Of a stretch of DNA of 64,000 nucleotides, positions 35,540-46,344 are shown in pieces (within the stretch, counting starts at the first letter, position 1; each line of letters begins with the position of its first letter). The translations under genes and the position numbers were made by a program. This stretch comes from Piedraia hortae CBS 480.64 (Eukaryota). The notes under the pieces are model-generated. The model had not been told where the DNA came from and searched no databases. It saw only the letters and a list, made by a program, of their open reading frames with translations. The stretch is from contig MU005969.1 of assembly GCA_010093745.1 (NCBI GenBank), forward strand, positions 124,001 to 188,000, given 5' to 3'.

Positions 35540-35624
35540 TGTGCGAGTGCCAAGCCCGCCCGGTTATGTCTCGCGCAAAGGCACAACAGGAACACGGCAT
35601 GTTTGACCATATCTTGCCCGACTA

Positions 35625-36911
35625 ATGCTGACGACTGCAGCTCATTCGTCACAGCCGACGTATGGCTTCGCCGCCGGTTTCCTGTGCGGGCAGCTGGTGC
35701 TGGCCTTGATCCTGTTCGCCTTTATCAAGTTCTTCATCTTCGGCGAGCCACCGTCGGCTGATGAGCGTGCGCAGCAGCGGGCGGCGTCACGAAAGCAGCG
35801 CACACTGACCCACACGCGCCGCCGCACGCTGTCGACGGCGCTGCGCCCGCGATCCAGCCGCGCATTGGTCAAGGGCCGCGACGGGCCAACGGTACAGAAG
35901 CTACTGGAGAAGACGTTCTACGGCGCAGAGCGACAGCACGAGGCAGAGAGCCTCGACTGGTTCAACGTCCTCGTCGCGCAGGCGATTGCGCAGCTGCGAA
36001 CCGATGCGCTCGAAGACGAGGCGGTGCTCACGTCGCTGAATGCACTGCTAAACTCACCATCCAAACCAGACTTTGTCGACGACATCCGTGTCGCCGAGGT
36101 CAGTCTCGGCGATGAGTTCCCAATCTTCAGCAACTGCCGCATCATCCCGGTGGACGAGCACGGCGTGCAGCTCGCGCAACTCACTGGCAACGTTGGCGAG
36201 CGGCTGCAGGCGCAGATGGACGTTGAACTCAGCGATGTCTTGACGCTGGGCATCGAGACGCGATTGCTGCTAAACTACCCAATGCCGTTTGTGGCTACGC
36301 TGCCGGTTGCGCTGGCGGTGACGGTGGAGCGGTTCTCGGGCACATTGTCCCTCTCCTTTCTTCCGTCCAGCTCCCCGACGGCCGACCTTTCCTCCCCTTC
36401 AGCCACCCCGACGACGCTTACATTCACCTTCCTCGACGACTACCGTCTGGACCTAAGCATCCACTCCCTGATCGGCTCCCGCAGTCGTCTGCAAGACGTG
36501 CCCAAGATTGCGCAGCTGGTTGAAAACCGCATTCACCAGTGGTTCGACGACCGCTGTGTCGAGCCTCGGTTTCAGCAGATTGTCCTACCGTCGCTGTGGC
36601 CAAGGAAGAAGACGACCAGGGGAGGTGATGAGGCCGCTGTAGATGACGACGGAGAAGTGCCCCCTATGGACGTACTCCCGAGCAAAGGGCCTGCTGCGGT
36701 GCCTGTCTCGAAGAAGGAGACCGCCCTGCCCGTCTCGAAGGAGCCTGCCATCCTGGTCAACGGATCAGAGACGAATTCGGAGCAGAGAACACGCGAATGG
36801 GCGGCCAAGCACGGTAAACCCCGGGATGAGATGAGCGAATTGGAGCTCGCGGGGGCGGAGATGAGGGAAGCGGATGAAAGGAGCCGAAGGAAGGTGATGA
36901 GGGCTGCATAG
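35625..36911 (+). CDS. MMM1: ERMES subunit Mmm1 (SMP domain)
   Basis: 'GFLCGQL......FIKFFIFG', 'ESLDWFNVLVAQ.IAQLR', 'LGDEFPIFSNCRI', 'SLIGSRSRLQDVPKIAQL', 'LPSLWPRKK'. Confidence 0.96.
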   Translation: MLTTAAHSSQPTYGFAAGFLCGQLVLALILFAFIKFFIFGEPPSADERAQQRAASRKQRTLTHTRRRTLSTALRPRSSRALVKGRDGPTVQKLLEKTFYGAERQHEAESLDWFNVLVAQAIAQLRTDALEDEAVLTSLNALLNSPSKPDFVDDIRVAEVSLGDEFPIFSNCRIIPVDEHGVQLAQLTGNVGERLQAQMDVELSDVLTLGIETRLLLNYPMPFVATLPVALAVTVERFSGTLSLSFLPSSSPTADLSSPSATPTTLTFTFLDDYRLDLSIHSLIGSRSRLQDVPKIAQLVENRIHQWFDDRCVEPRFQQIVLPSLWPRKKTTRGGDEAAVDDDGEVPPMDVLPSKGPAAVPVSKKETALPVSKEPAILVNGSETNSEQRTREWAAKHGKPRDEMSELELAGAEMREADERSRRKVMRAA

Positions 36912-37059
36912 ACGATTCACTCTGACAAGTGTTCGATTAGCGGGCGTTTTTGATGACATCTTTAGTCTTACACTACACGACTTCTCTCCCTGTGCTCTCC
37001 CTGTCTTCCTGAACGCCGTGTAATCCTGTTTAACAAACAAGAACTATCCTACCACTTCC

Positions 37060-38850
37060 CTAAAGAACTGGAATGCTGTTGCTTGGTACTGCAGGAATGC
37101 CAGACGAGTCCGTAGCGGGCGGGAGACACGAGGGAGCTACGTGTCCAGGCTGCTGAGACCCGGGGTCGGCAGGCTCTTTCTCATCCACCACGGGGGCCTC
37201 GGTCTGAGTCTGTCCTGGCTGGAGCTTCGCCAGGAACGTCTTTGGCACCTTAAGCTTGACGACGAGACTGGTCGGCTTGATGTCGAGGTCGTCTTCAGAC
37301 ATGTCCTGATCAGCTTCCACCTCGTCGTCCTCGTCGGGTTCGCTCTGCTGGCTGTTCCACTCGTCATCCGGCGCTTCTTCGTCACTCGTCTCGTCCTCAA
37401 CAATCTTCCGCTTGCGCGGGTTGCTGTTGGCGGGCACCCTTCCACCCGACCGCGTGGCGTGTTTATGGTGGACGGCGTCAAACTCTTCTTCCATCGTAGC
37501 TGGCAGCTCAAGGAACTCTGCATGGTCTGAGTCGAGACCCACGAGGCCCTCTCCGTACTCTCCCCTTCTCGGCTGTCTGGAGGCGCGGCCACTGCCTGTG
37601 ATATAGGTCGTACCCGGATCAGTCGGCGTGCTGCGGGTAGAACCCACCCTGTTGGACCGTCGTGTGCCTACATCAGACACTTGATCGATGTCGTCGAAAG
37701 TGTAACGCATGCGCTTCCCACGTGTGCGCCCTTCGTAGATGCTGACTCCAGGCTCTGGCCGACTGAATGCCGCCTTTCTAAGCTGGCGGTATTCGCGCTT
37801 CTTAATTCTCTCGTCGCTAGCCTCAAACGTAGGTACGGCCGAGTTCATCCGGTTGGCAAGCGTGCGCGCCTGCTGTCCGCCGTCTTCATGCTCTAGTTTC
37901 GTGGCAAGAGCCTTCATCTCGTCAATGTTGCCGGCAACACTGTACCATTGGGCCTTTCCGCTGTATCTGTCGGCTTCGCGGTATATGCGGAAAAACGTGT
38001 CGTCCAGGCCCTGCACCAGGAAATAGCGCCTCTTATGGCTATCTGACCCCCACGGCTGGACTGAGAGAGGCTGGTTCTCGTCGCTGTTATGGCGTGCCTG
38101 CTTGTACTTTGCCTTGACCACGGCTTGGACGGCCTGAGAGGCTGATAAAGACCAGATGATCAGCGTTCGTAAAAGATGCAGCTGCAAACCAGTTAGCATA
38201 GTACAATGTGAATTCCATCAAACACACCCTTTCGGCTGGAGTTATCTTGTTGAAGTCTCTGCTGCCGTACAGAAAGCTCCTTCCCTGCCAACTGGACGGC
38301 CACGCCGACCTCTGCGCCGATATGGCTTCTTCTAGCGCCCGTCCATAATGTCCCCGCCTGTACAGATTGTCAGTATTCCACTGTATGCCCTGCACGATGA
38401 CTCACTCCACAGCCTTCTTCCGGTTCAACACCAGGCCAATGAGCGCACATAAAAAGTCCTCTATCTTTTCGCTGGGCGGCTCCTCCTGGATCCCCTGCTC
38501 AATGTCCTGAGGACCGAAATTTGGCAGCTTGTTCGGTAGGGCCTCGTCAAATCGTGAGCGGAACATGACAATGACCTACATGTCGACGTTAGCTATATGC
38601 GCGTTGTTTACGCGTTTTTACGCGATCCGAGACGAGAGCATCGACTTACGGCGATGTCAGGGTTATCGGCGAGTGTTTCTTCGCGAGGCGGCGTTACAGG
38701 TCGCTTGGGACGTGCAGCGGTCTCCTTAGGAGGCGGGCATTTTATCTTAGTGGCCGATTTGGCTCGTAAGAATATAGGCGCCAGCTTGGCCATTTCCTGG
38801 TCGCTAGCGGCCGACGATAGCGGTGAGCTGTCGGGAGAGTCGGTAGCCAT
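37060..38850 (-). CDS. WHIM1-domain ISWI-associated (Ioc3-like) protein, 4 exons
   Basis: Spliced 'LADNPDIA|VIVMFRSRF...FGPQDIE.G...LCALIGLVLNRKK.VE|RGHYGRALEEAI...ER|LHLLRTLIIWSL', 'PWGSDSHKRRYFLVQG.DDT.FRIYRE', 'YEGRTRGKRMRY'. Confidence 0.82.
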
Positions 38851-39862
38851 GGTGGCGAGTGTCTGGGGTTGGAAGTTTTGAACGTGCGTGGGAAGTCAAA
38901 GGAACAGGGTGACAGCTATGACTAAGCCCAGTGAACTCGGGTGAAATACTCTTCTCTTAACTGCTATATACTCCACAGGCTAGGCGACCATGGGCGAATA
39001 TTGGTGCTGTGAACAAAAGGGCCCTTCACAGGGTCGATTCGGGACCTAAAGGGTAGAAGCCAGGCCCACTTGCGGAGCCCCAGGTAAACCGAACGCAATG
39101 ACGTGTTTTTAGAGCTGAATTGTGTCTGTACATGTCAAACAGGCCACAGTTGCTAGCGACGTCTCGTTCATGTCTCGTGGTCTATTCTGAGCCGTCAAAA
39201 GGATCGCCATCTGGACGCCAACGTGCTGCAAAGTGTATGCTCCCGAGAGAGCGGACGTCCGCGCGTGCCGTGCTGGGCGGAATGCAGATCTATGAGGCCA
39301 GATGACTGCTGTGTCCATCTGCACCCAGCCAAAAGCTCGGACCAAAACGATGGGTTGACTGGTCTGCCCATCTTCTTATGAGAGACGAAGCAATCAAGCT
39401 GTTACGACCGCGCGCTGAACTTGTGTTTGTTTCAGAATCTTAGCAATCGATTGGTGCGGGATTTGTCCGCTAGAGAAAGTATCGCGGCAGAATGTCACTG
39501 CGGCTAAAGCAGCAATTCAGATTTAGCTTGAGTACCGTTAGCATGCAAAGAATCCGCCGCAGCAGTCATTTGACAATCAGTATGTGAACTTGTCCGACGT
39601 AACTTGGCCATCTCTGGAGGAGTGGCAGGGTTTCTGCAGCTGCGGCATTTTCAAAATCGAGCTCGTACTCATGCGGTTTGAACATAATTGAGCCGCAGAC
39701 AGATGTTTACTACAGTACTCGCTCCGAGAATGTGATGCGAAAAGGCAGAGGTGAGGTCCCGGGGGTTGCGGGAGCGCCCCGGGCCGCGCCGCACTTGCCA
39801 AGCCTTTGGCGACCGCGTCCACCTTGCAAAACCCACACCCTCGCCCAACACATCGCAGCACA

Positions 39863-40725
39863 ATGGTAGATAACACTGCAAGTGCAGCAAGACAGTATTG
39901 CTGACAGCAGTAGGGACGCGTTATCCGCAACCAGCGCAAGGGTCGTGGGTCGATTTTCACGGCTCACACCCGCCTGAACAAGGCACCCGCCAAGTTTCGC
40001 ACGCACGACTACGCCGAGCGCCATGGATATATTCGTGGCATTGTCAAGGACATTGTCCATGATGCCGGTCGCGGCGCACCGCTAGCCAAGGTCTCCTTCC
40101 GCGATCCCTACAGGTTCAAACTTCACACGGAAACCTTCATTGCAAATGAAGGCATGTACACCGGCCAATTTATCTACGCCGGCAAGAATGCGTCCCTCAC
40201 GATTGGCAACGTTCTCCCCCTTGGCTCCGTCCCCGAGGGTACCGTTGTTTCTAATGTGGAGGAGAAGGTTGGAGACCGTGGCGCATTGGGCCGTACGTCG
40301 GGCAACTACGTGACAGTTATCGGCCACAATCCGGACGAAGGAAAGACGCGAATCAAGCTTCCGTCAGGTGCCAAGAAAGTGGTGAAGAGCTCTGTGCGCG
40401 GCATGGTCGGTATTGTCGCTGGGGGCGGACGTACGGACAAGCCCTTACTGAAGGCGTCCCGCGCCAAGCATAAATTCGCTGTAAAGCGAAACTCGTGGCC
40501 AAAGACGCGTGGTGTCGCCATGAACCCTGTGGACCATGTAAGGCAGACCCAGTTGACTCTTCTGACAGATGCTGACATGATCTATAGCCTCACGGTGGTG
40601 GTAACCATCAGCACATTGGCAAGGCCTCGACTATTTCGCGCTACGCTGTGCCTGGTCAAAAGGCTGGTCTCATTGCAGCCCGGAGAACGGGTCTGCTCCG
40701 GGGTACGCAGAAGACAAAGGATTAG
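39863..40725 (+). CDS. RPL2: 60S ribosomal protein uL2 (introns 39866-39913 and 40538-40587)
   Basis: [16 protein letters not shown]...'GRGAPLA', '[26 protein letters not shown]'. Confidence 0.98.
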
Positions 40726-40958
40726 GGGACTGTCGTGTTCGTTTCTCCGTAGAGGTATCCATGTCGTCACCTACCGTTTGCGACCTTCCCCACAAATTAG
40801 GAAATCAGGGTCTTGCCCGTGAATGAGGGGCGACTCCTTGCCTCACCAGTGCACCAGTACACATCAACAGTCGTTGCAACTTGCAACCCATCGTTTCCAC
40901 CGTTTCTCTCTGTCTCCCTCCCACTCCCACCCCAACCTCTCCCTTCGCTTCCGCCAAT

Positions 40959-42249
40959 ATGATTGTCAACAAGAAGCTGGACCGCCTGAAGCAATGGGGT
41001 CGCGAGCGCATGGGCAGCGAGGTCAAGACAGATTCGACCGACGAGTTCAAGGCGTTGGTGGTGGAAATGCAGCTGCGGCAGGATGGTATGCGCCCTGCAC
41101 TGGAGCGCTGACATGCAGCAACTGACAGGCGCCAGGCATGGAGCGACTCAACAAGGCGACAACGGCCTATATCAAGTCTCTTTCGCGTCGCGACGCTGGA
41201 GAAGACAAAGAGAAACAGCTGCCGGTGGCTTATTTTGGCTCCGTCTTGAACTCCCACGGTGACGACTTTGAACCCGAGTCAGACTTTGGCCAATGTTTGT
41301 CCTCTCTTGGCCGGGCAAATGAGCGCATTGCGCGCGTGCAGGAGACTTATGTGGCCAACGCGACGGCTAGCTGGGTGGAGTCAGTCGACCGGTCTCTGGT
41401 GCAGATGAAAGAATATCAAAGCGCACGCAAAAAGCTGGAGGCCAGACGTCTGGCGTTTGACACTGCTAGCGCTAAAGTGCAAAAGGCAAAGAAAGAAGAC
41501 TTTCGCATCGAGGAAGAGCTGCGGTCGCAAAAAGCAAAGTATGAGGAGTCAAGCGAGGATGTCTATCGGCGAATGCTGGATATCAAAGAGGCCGAGCAGG
41601 ATAGCATCGCTGACCTGACCAATTTCCTTGATGCGGAGCTGGCCTACTACGATCGCTGTCGCGAGATCCTCATGCAGTTGAAAAGAGACTGGCCTGGGTA
41701 AGTTGTTTTTATATCGTCTGGTCATAGGCTTACCAGCGTCTTAGTCAACGTAACAATGAACGTTTGACAGACGACAGCCCGAGCGGAAGTCGTCGCAACA
41801 CGCGCACCGCCTCGGCTGCACAGCGCTATGTGGTGGATGACGATCTTTCCGACCACGTCAGTCGTCCTACTATCAGCTCTCGCACAGTGTCGACTCAGAA
41901 CTCGCCGCGCCGGGAGGCGGATCTTCCCATTCGGACACAGCGCACCATGTCTGGAATACCACTAGACGGGCATTCTAGGGAACATTCCCCAGCTGGTATT
42001 CCAAGGCTCTCCCGTGTGCCAACCGACCCCACGCATCTGATTGGCGCCCGGTCTCAGCTAAGGGTAACTAAGCGAGGGCCAGCCGGGGACTTATATGAAG
42101 ATGACCCCTCGTCCAGCACGGAACAAGTCGGAGATGTCGGATTCAAGAAGGCTCCCCCACCGCCACCCCCGTCTAGGGCAAAGAAGCCTCCTCCACCGCC
42201 TCCTGTCAAACGCGGAGTCATCAGCTCGAATGACGCGGCCCGGTACTGA
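40959..42249 (+). CDS. N-BAR domain protein with Pro-rich tail (introns 41086-41135 and 41698-41744)
   Basis: 'KKLDRLKQWGRERMG.E.KT..TDEFK', 'EYQSARKKLEARRLAFD', 'LTNFLDAELAYYDRC', C-terminal 'KAPPPPPPSRAKKPPPPP'. Confidence 0.9.
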
Positions 42250-43824
42250 TCGACTATCCCTGAGTTTGTTTTCGATTGTTAGCCTAGAGTCTATAGAGCA
42301 ATCATTCGTGAGAATCAACCACGTTCGGCCCATATCCGTGTCGGCTGCACCAGGGCAGGCTTAGGGCTCTCCAAATTATCCGTGGTGGAGGCAAAGCCGC
42401 AACCACGGATATCGCGCCATAAAGGTCACGGAAATTATGCAATATGACATCATGGCGCTGCTCTTAAAATACACACTTGTGGAGCCTTATTCATGACTGC
42501 AGAAAAGTCGAACACTGCGTACTTCCCAGCGTCCGTGTTCGTCGCACCGCCATCCATTTCGCTATAGGCAAACGATCGACGTCCATCTCCGGCAGTTCTT
42601 TATCACCTTCATCGAGTGCAGAAATGGTAGTCGTTGCCCGTTTACGGACGACCCTGGCCATGGGGTTTCGACACCACGCGCTAGCGTATCGAGGGTTGGT
42701 TTGATGGTCCAGGAGTCGGAGCAATCCCCAACAGACTATCCCCGGTGTTGGTGAGCGCCGAGAGCATTTGCGTTTCACCATGTGTTCCGTCGAGCGGCGG
42801 CGTGGCACCGGGAGGGGAAGGCGCACACCGGGGTGCGTCCCAGCCTCCACGTCAACTGGCTTCTTCGTTTTCAACCTCGCCGTTCATTTTGCCATACAAA
42901 AACGTTCAAGCCGGTTGCGATTTCAATGAAGCCAACAATTCCCACGATATCTAAAGGTGTCGTCTTGACTACCATTCGTTAGTTCCCCGACACGAATCGC
43001 AAAGTGCAGCTGCTTAACATTGCAAATATGATGGTAGGTGTGAGGGAGAGAAGAAGACAGGAAGAGACAAAATAGCGAAAGGATGACGTAGAGCCACCAC
43101 TTGTACGAAAGGTGCGACCCGCCTGTTTGAGGCAGGAGTATCCGTTGTTCTGCTGAATTGACTAGCTAACGCCGCTGCCGATTAAATGATTTGACGATCG
43201 AGTTTGCAACCTATTCACAACAATCTCAGTCAACCCACCATAACCTGGCTAACCATTCATGATTCGACTATTGTGAACGATGTGCTGGGAGCCAAAACAG
43301 CACCATGAGTCTATTTGTTCTGGTGATACGTGGATCAACATCCTCCACGTCACTCATTATAGCTTACTGTAAGAACTCTCCAGGATTGTACCAACCATTT
43401 GCTTTATTATCCGCACGTCTGTGTCTCTTCATTATGAACTTAAAAGCTCAGGCCAACAAAATCTGGTGGAATCGTGGCAGGATTAGCTTGCATTCTTGAT
43501 TGGGGAAGCTTGTTCGCCGAGCTTAGGACGGACAATGGGCAAACTGCGTGTCAGCGAGCTGGTCGAAGCTCAGGCAGCGTGGCTATCTTTCGGCACGAGA
43601 TTGGGGCCTGTACACGTTTAGCAATGGCTTCCCAGACCTTGAAAAGCCTTCACACATCTGTCCAGACTGTTTGAGCAAGCAGCGGGCATGTCACTTCAGC
43701 CACGACTAAGATGGATGAGGTCAGCGAATTGCGGGGAAGCTTCAGATGACAGCGGAATGTTTCCGATGTTACGACCTCACCTCCAGAGTCGCATCCAGAT
43801 TGACCAGTCGGCGCATTCGAAGCA

Positions 43825-44548
43825 ATGCCCGAGAACGAGAGCTCTGCAGCCTCACCTCTAAACGCCAAACTCTCGGCATCAAGTCTGGACTTCCTCCTCA
43901 TCGAGCTCGTACCCTTGGCACAGCGAATCTCTGAACAGGTACAAGCGCGCGACAAAGCGCTACGGGAAGAATACGACCGCAGCCGCGTCTTCAATCGCCA
44001 ACGTCAAAGAGCATCGTCGAATGCAACAACAGATGGCAAAAACAAATCCGAAGTCACCTCTCTCGGCTTCCCTGTCCTCACACCGCCCCTTGCCAACGCC
44101 ATGACCAAGCGCCTCGAGGAAGTGGGATATCGAGTCGGCCAAGGCTTGGCGGAAGGACTAAGCGCATTCAAACCTCGACCAACCTCCCCGCTGGATGTCA
44201 TTAAATTCATATGCAAAGACCTTTGGACTGCTATCTTCCAGAAGCCGATTGATAACCTCAAAACAAACCACAGGGGTGTTTTTGTCCTTGCAGATAATTC
44301 TTTTCGACCAATTGCAAAGATGAGTATGGATCTAAAAGAAGGCGTGAGAGGGAGGGAAGAGGGGCTAAGTCGAGCGCAATTGGTAAGTTGGAAGTAACCG
44401 TCCATCTTCTTATGGCTGATGAAGGAAACAGTATCTCGTCTTTCCCAGCGGGATCATAAGAGGAGCTTTGTCTGGACTGGGGATAGAAGCCACAGTCGAG
44501 GGCAACACGACCGACATTCCCGTCGCGACGTTCCAGATCAAGACTTGA
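43825..44548 (+). CDS. TRS33: TRAPP complex subunit Trs33 (intron 44383-44431)
   Basis: 'LDFLLIELV', 'RLEEVGYRVGQGLAE', 'LDVIKFICKDLW..IFQK.IDNLKTNHRGVFVL.DN', exon 2 'YLVFPSGIIRGALSGLGI'. Confidence 0.93.
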
Positions 44549-44600
44549 TGAAGTTACGATTACCCTGTATTTGTATGGAAAAGAATTGTATGAAGATGTG

Positions 44601-45452
44601 TCATGAGCCATATAGAATCTCGCATACTCCCCCAATGGGGATATCCATCACGGCATCTGTCCCCTCGTTCCACATGGTCTTCCAATCCGGCGTCTTCCCT
44701 TGGGCACTCAGCCCTTGGTGTTTAGGCGTATCCTTGCCCTTGCCTCTTTTAGCTCCCTTCCAAGACGAAGTTGGAGCCTCGTTGACGACCCTACCCTTGG
44801 AATCGACAGCTGCCACGCACGCTGCATCGTCGACTATACATTGCAGATCCTTAAGCGGCAGCGTCAGTCTCCCTACATTGTACGCCGCGAGCGCAACGTA
44901 AATGTAAATGACGGCCATGACGGTCCAGGCGGGGATGGCCAGCGCCCACCAGCGATTGGGGTAGTAGTGAATGCCCAGCTGATGGAGGAATGGCGACGGT
45001 AAAAAAGCCCAAAGCAGGTAGAAGATAAAGGCGAGGCTGCTGCTGAGGTAGAGAGTGAAGCCGTAGTATTCGTATGTCGGCACGCGTGGACTCGCGCGCG
45101 GTATGAGTTTGCTGGACCGTAAGGTCGTCAGCGTCGACGCTGTGGCTGAGCTTGGTGTGTGGAATGATGCCCCAATGCCCTCATCGCTGGATGGATCGGG
45201 GGTCGAGGGTCGGCTACTGGTGAAACTGGGTCGTAGTAGGCTGGTCAGCGAGGGCGAGGGCGGTAATGGTGTCGGCGGACGGTTGTAGAATGGAGGCGCA
45301 AACGCTAGAGGCGCCAGATGGCTGTACGAGCGTCGATAGTATTTTCCCTGCGGTTCGCTGCCGTTGCCGTCAGATTCTGATTGCGATTCGTCCGACTCGG
45401 AGTCGGCCTGGTGCAGGTCTGGCGCTGATTGCGAGACCAAAGTCGGAGACAT
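44601..45452 (-). CDS. GPI19: PIG-P subunit of the GPI-GlcNAc transferase
   Basis: 'APPFYNRPPTPLPPSPSLTSLLRP', 'PTYEYYGF.LYL', 'LWAFLPSPFLHQLGIHYYPNRWWALAIP', 'GTDAVMDIPIGGVCEILY'. The only upstream ATG in the ORF is at 45452. Confidence 0.92.
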   Translation of the reverse strand: MSPTLVSQSAPDLHQADSESDESQSESDGNGSEPQGKYYRRSYSHLAPLAFAPPFYNRPPTPLPPSPSLTSLLRPSFTSSRPSTPDPSSDEGIGASFHTPSSATASTLTTLRSSKLIPRASPRVPTYEYYGFTLYLSSSLAFIFYLLWAFLPSPFLHQLGIHYYPNRWWALAIPAWTVMAVIYIYVALAAYNVGRLTLPLKDLQCIVDDAACVAAVDSKGRVVNEAPTSSWKGAKRGKGKDTPKHQGLSAQGKTPDWKTMWNEGTDAVMDIPIGGVCEILYGS

Positions 45453-45459
45453 TGCCACA

Positions 45460-46344
45460 ATGTGCCTCGCACTACTTCAGTTTGCGCCGGAGCTGGGAAA
45501 GGTTGAGGAGAATATCAGGCGTGCCGATGAGTTGTTGCGAGAATGTGCTGCTGTCGACCTCTTGGTGCTGCCGGAGATGGCGTTTTCGGGCTACAACTTC
45601 CCGTCTCGAGACGCCATTGAGGCCTTTCTCGAGCCGTCTGCCGCCGGTCCTACAACTCAGTGGGCGGTCCATACAGCACAGCGGCTTCACTGTCATGTCC
45701 TAGTAGGTTACCCCGAGAGGACAACGTCTGGCAAGGCCTACAATGCCGCTGTCACCGTTGGCCCGAATGGGGACGTTGTCGCCCACCATCGCAAGACCTT
45801 TCTCTACTACACTGACGAGACGTGGGCTGAGACCGAGTATGATCCGCCCTCTGGCCCTCCGCCATTCTACTGCGCTCCAATGAGGGGTCTCGGAGACGGC
45901 GCTCCCATCGGCGTTGGCATCTGCATGGACATCAACCCCCACCGCTTTGAAGCGCCATGGGCTGCGTACGAGTTTGCCAACGCCATGGTCAGCGGTGGGG
46001 CAAAGCTCGTCGTTCTGTCGATGGCCTGGCTGGCGCAGCCAACACAAACAGAGCTACCACACGCCCCGGACCAACCGGATCTCAACACCATCACGTACTG
46101 GATCAACCGCTTTGTGCCTTTGCTCACCAACGACACTCCCGTCGACGTCGTCTTTGCAAACAGATGCGGCAGCGAGGACACTGTAACCTATGCCGGCTCC
46201 TCCTGCGTCATGCGCTTCAACCGTGGCTCCGTGAGCATGTACTCTCGCGAACAAGGCGGAGTCGCCGTCCTCGGCAGAAACGAAGAAGGCCTCCTCATCG
46301 TAGATACCAGCACAGCACCTCCGTTCTCCCTAGTGCACGCGTAG
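45460..46344 (+). CDS. NTA1: Protein N-terminal amidase (nitrilase/CN-hydrolase fold)
   Basis: 'MCLALLQFAPELG', 'LLVLPEMAFSGYNF', 'VGYPE', 'HHRKTFLYYTDETWA', 'GICMDINP..FEAPW..YEFA', 'LSMAWL', 'FANRCG.E....YAGSS'. Confidence 0.93.
   Translation: MCLALLQFAPELGKVEENIRRADELLRECAAVDLLVLPEMAFSGYNFPSRDAIEAFLEPSAAGPTTQWAVHTAQRLHCHVLVGYPERTTSGKAYNAAVTVGPNGDVVAHHRKTFLYYTDETWAETEYDPPSGPPPFYCAPMRGLGDGAPIGVGICMDINPHRFEAPWAAYEFANAMVSGGAKLVVLSMAWLAQPTQTELPHAPDQPDLNTITYWINRFVPLLTNDTPVDVVFANRCGSEDTVTYAGSSCVMRFNRGSVSMYSREQGGVAVLGRNEEGLLIVDTSTAPPFSLVHA

Noticed and set aside
38880..39620. Telomerase RNA, RNase P/MRP or SRP RNA
   Set aside because: No CTAACCCTA-type template, no GAAA.TC CR-I box and no SRP helix-8 motif; the crossing 8-9 bp complements are expected by chance.
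42360..42480. U1 snRNA on the minus strand (ATTGCA loop, ATAATTTGG Sm-like site)
   Set aside because: The 5' ACTTACCTG and stem-loop I GATCA.GAAG motifs are absent.
42491..43330. Small spliced membrane-protein gene on the minus strand
   Set aside because: Branch/acceptor signals exist, but every frame I built hits stops or needs a frameshift; cannot be supported.
43727..43740. AATTGCGGGGAAGC, like a group I intron P element
   Set aside because: No matching Q, R or S elements; lies in the TRS33 promoter.
45364..45459. N-terminal extension of NTA1 from a TTG start
   Set aside because: It is the antisense of GPI19 coding sequence; the family-typical start is the ATG at 45460.
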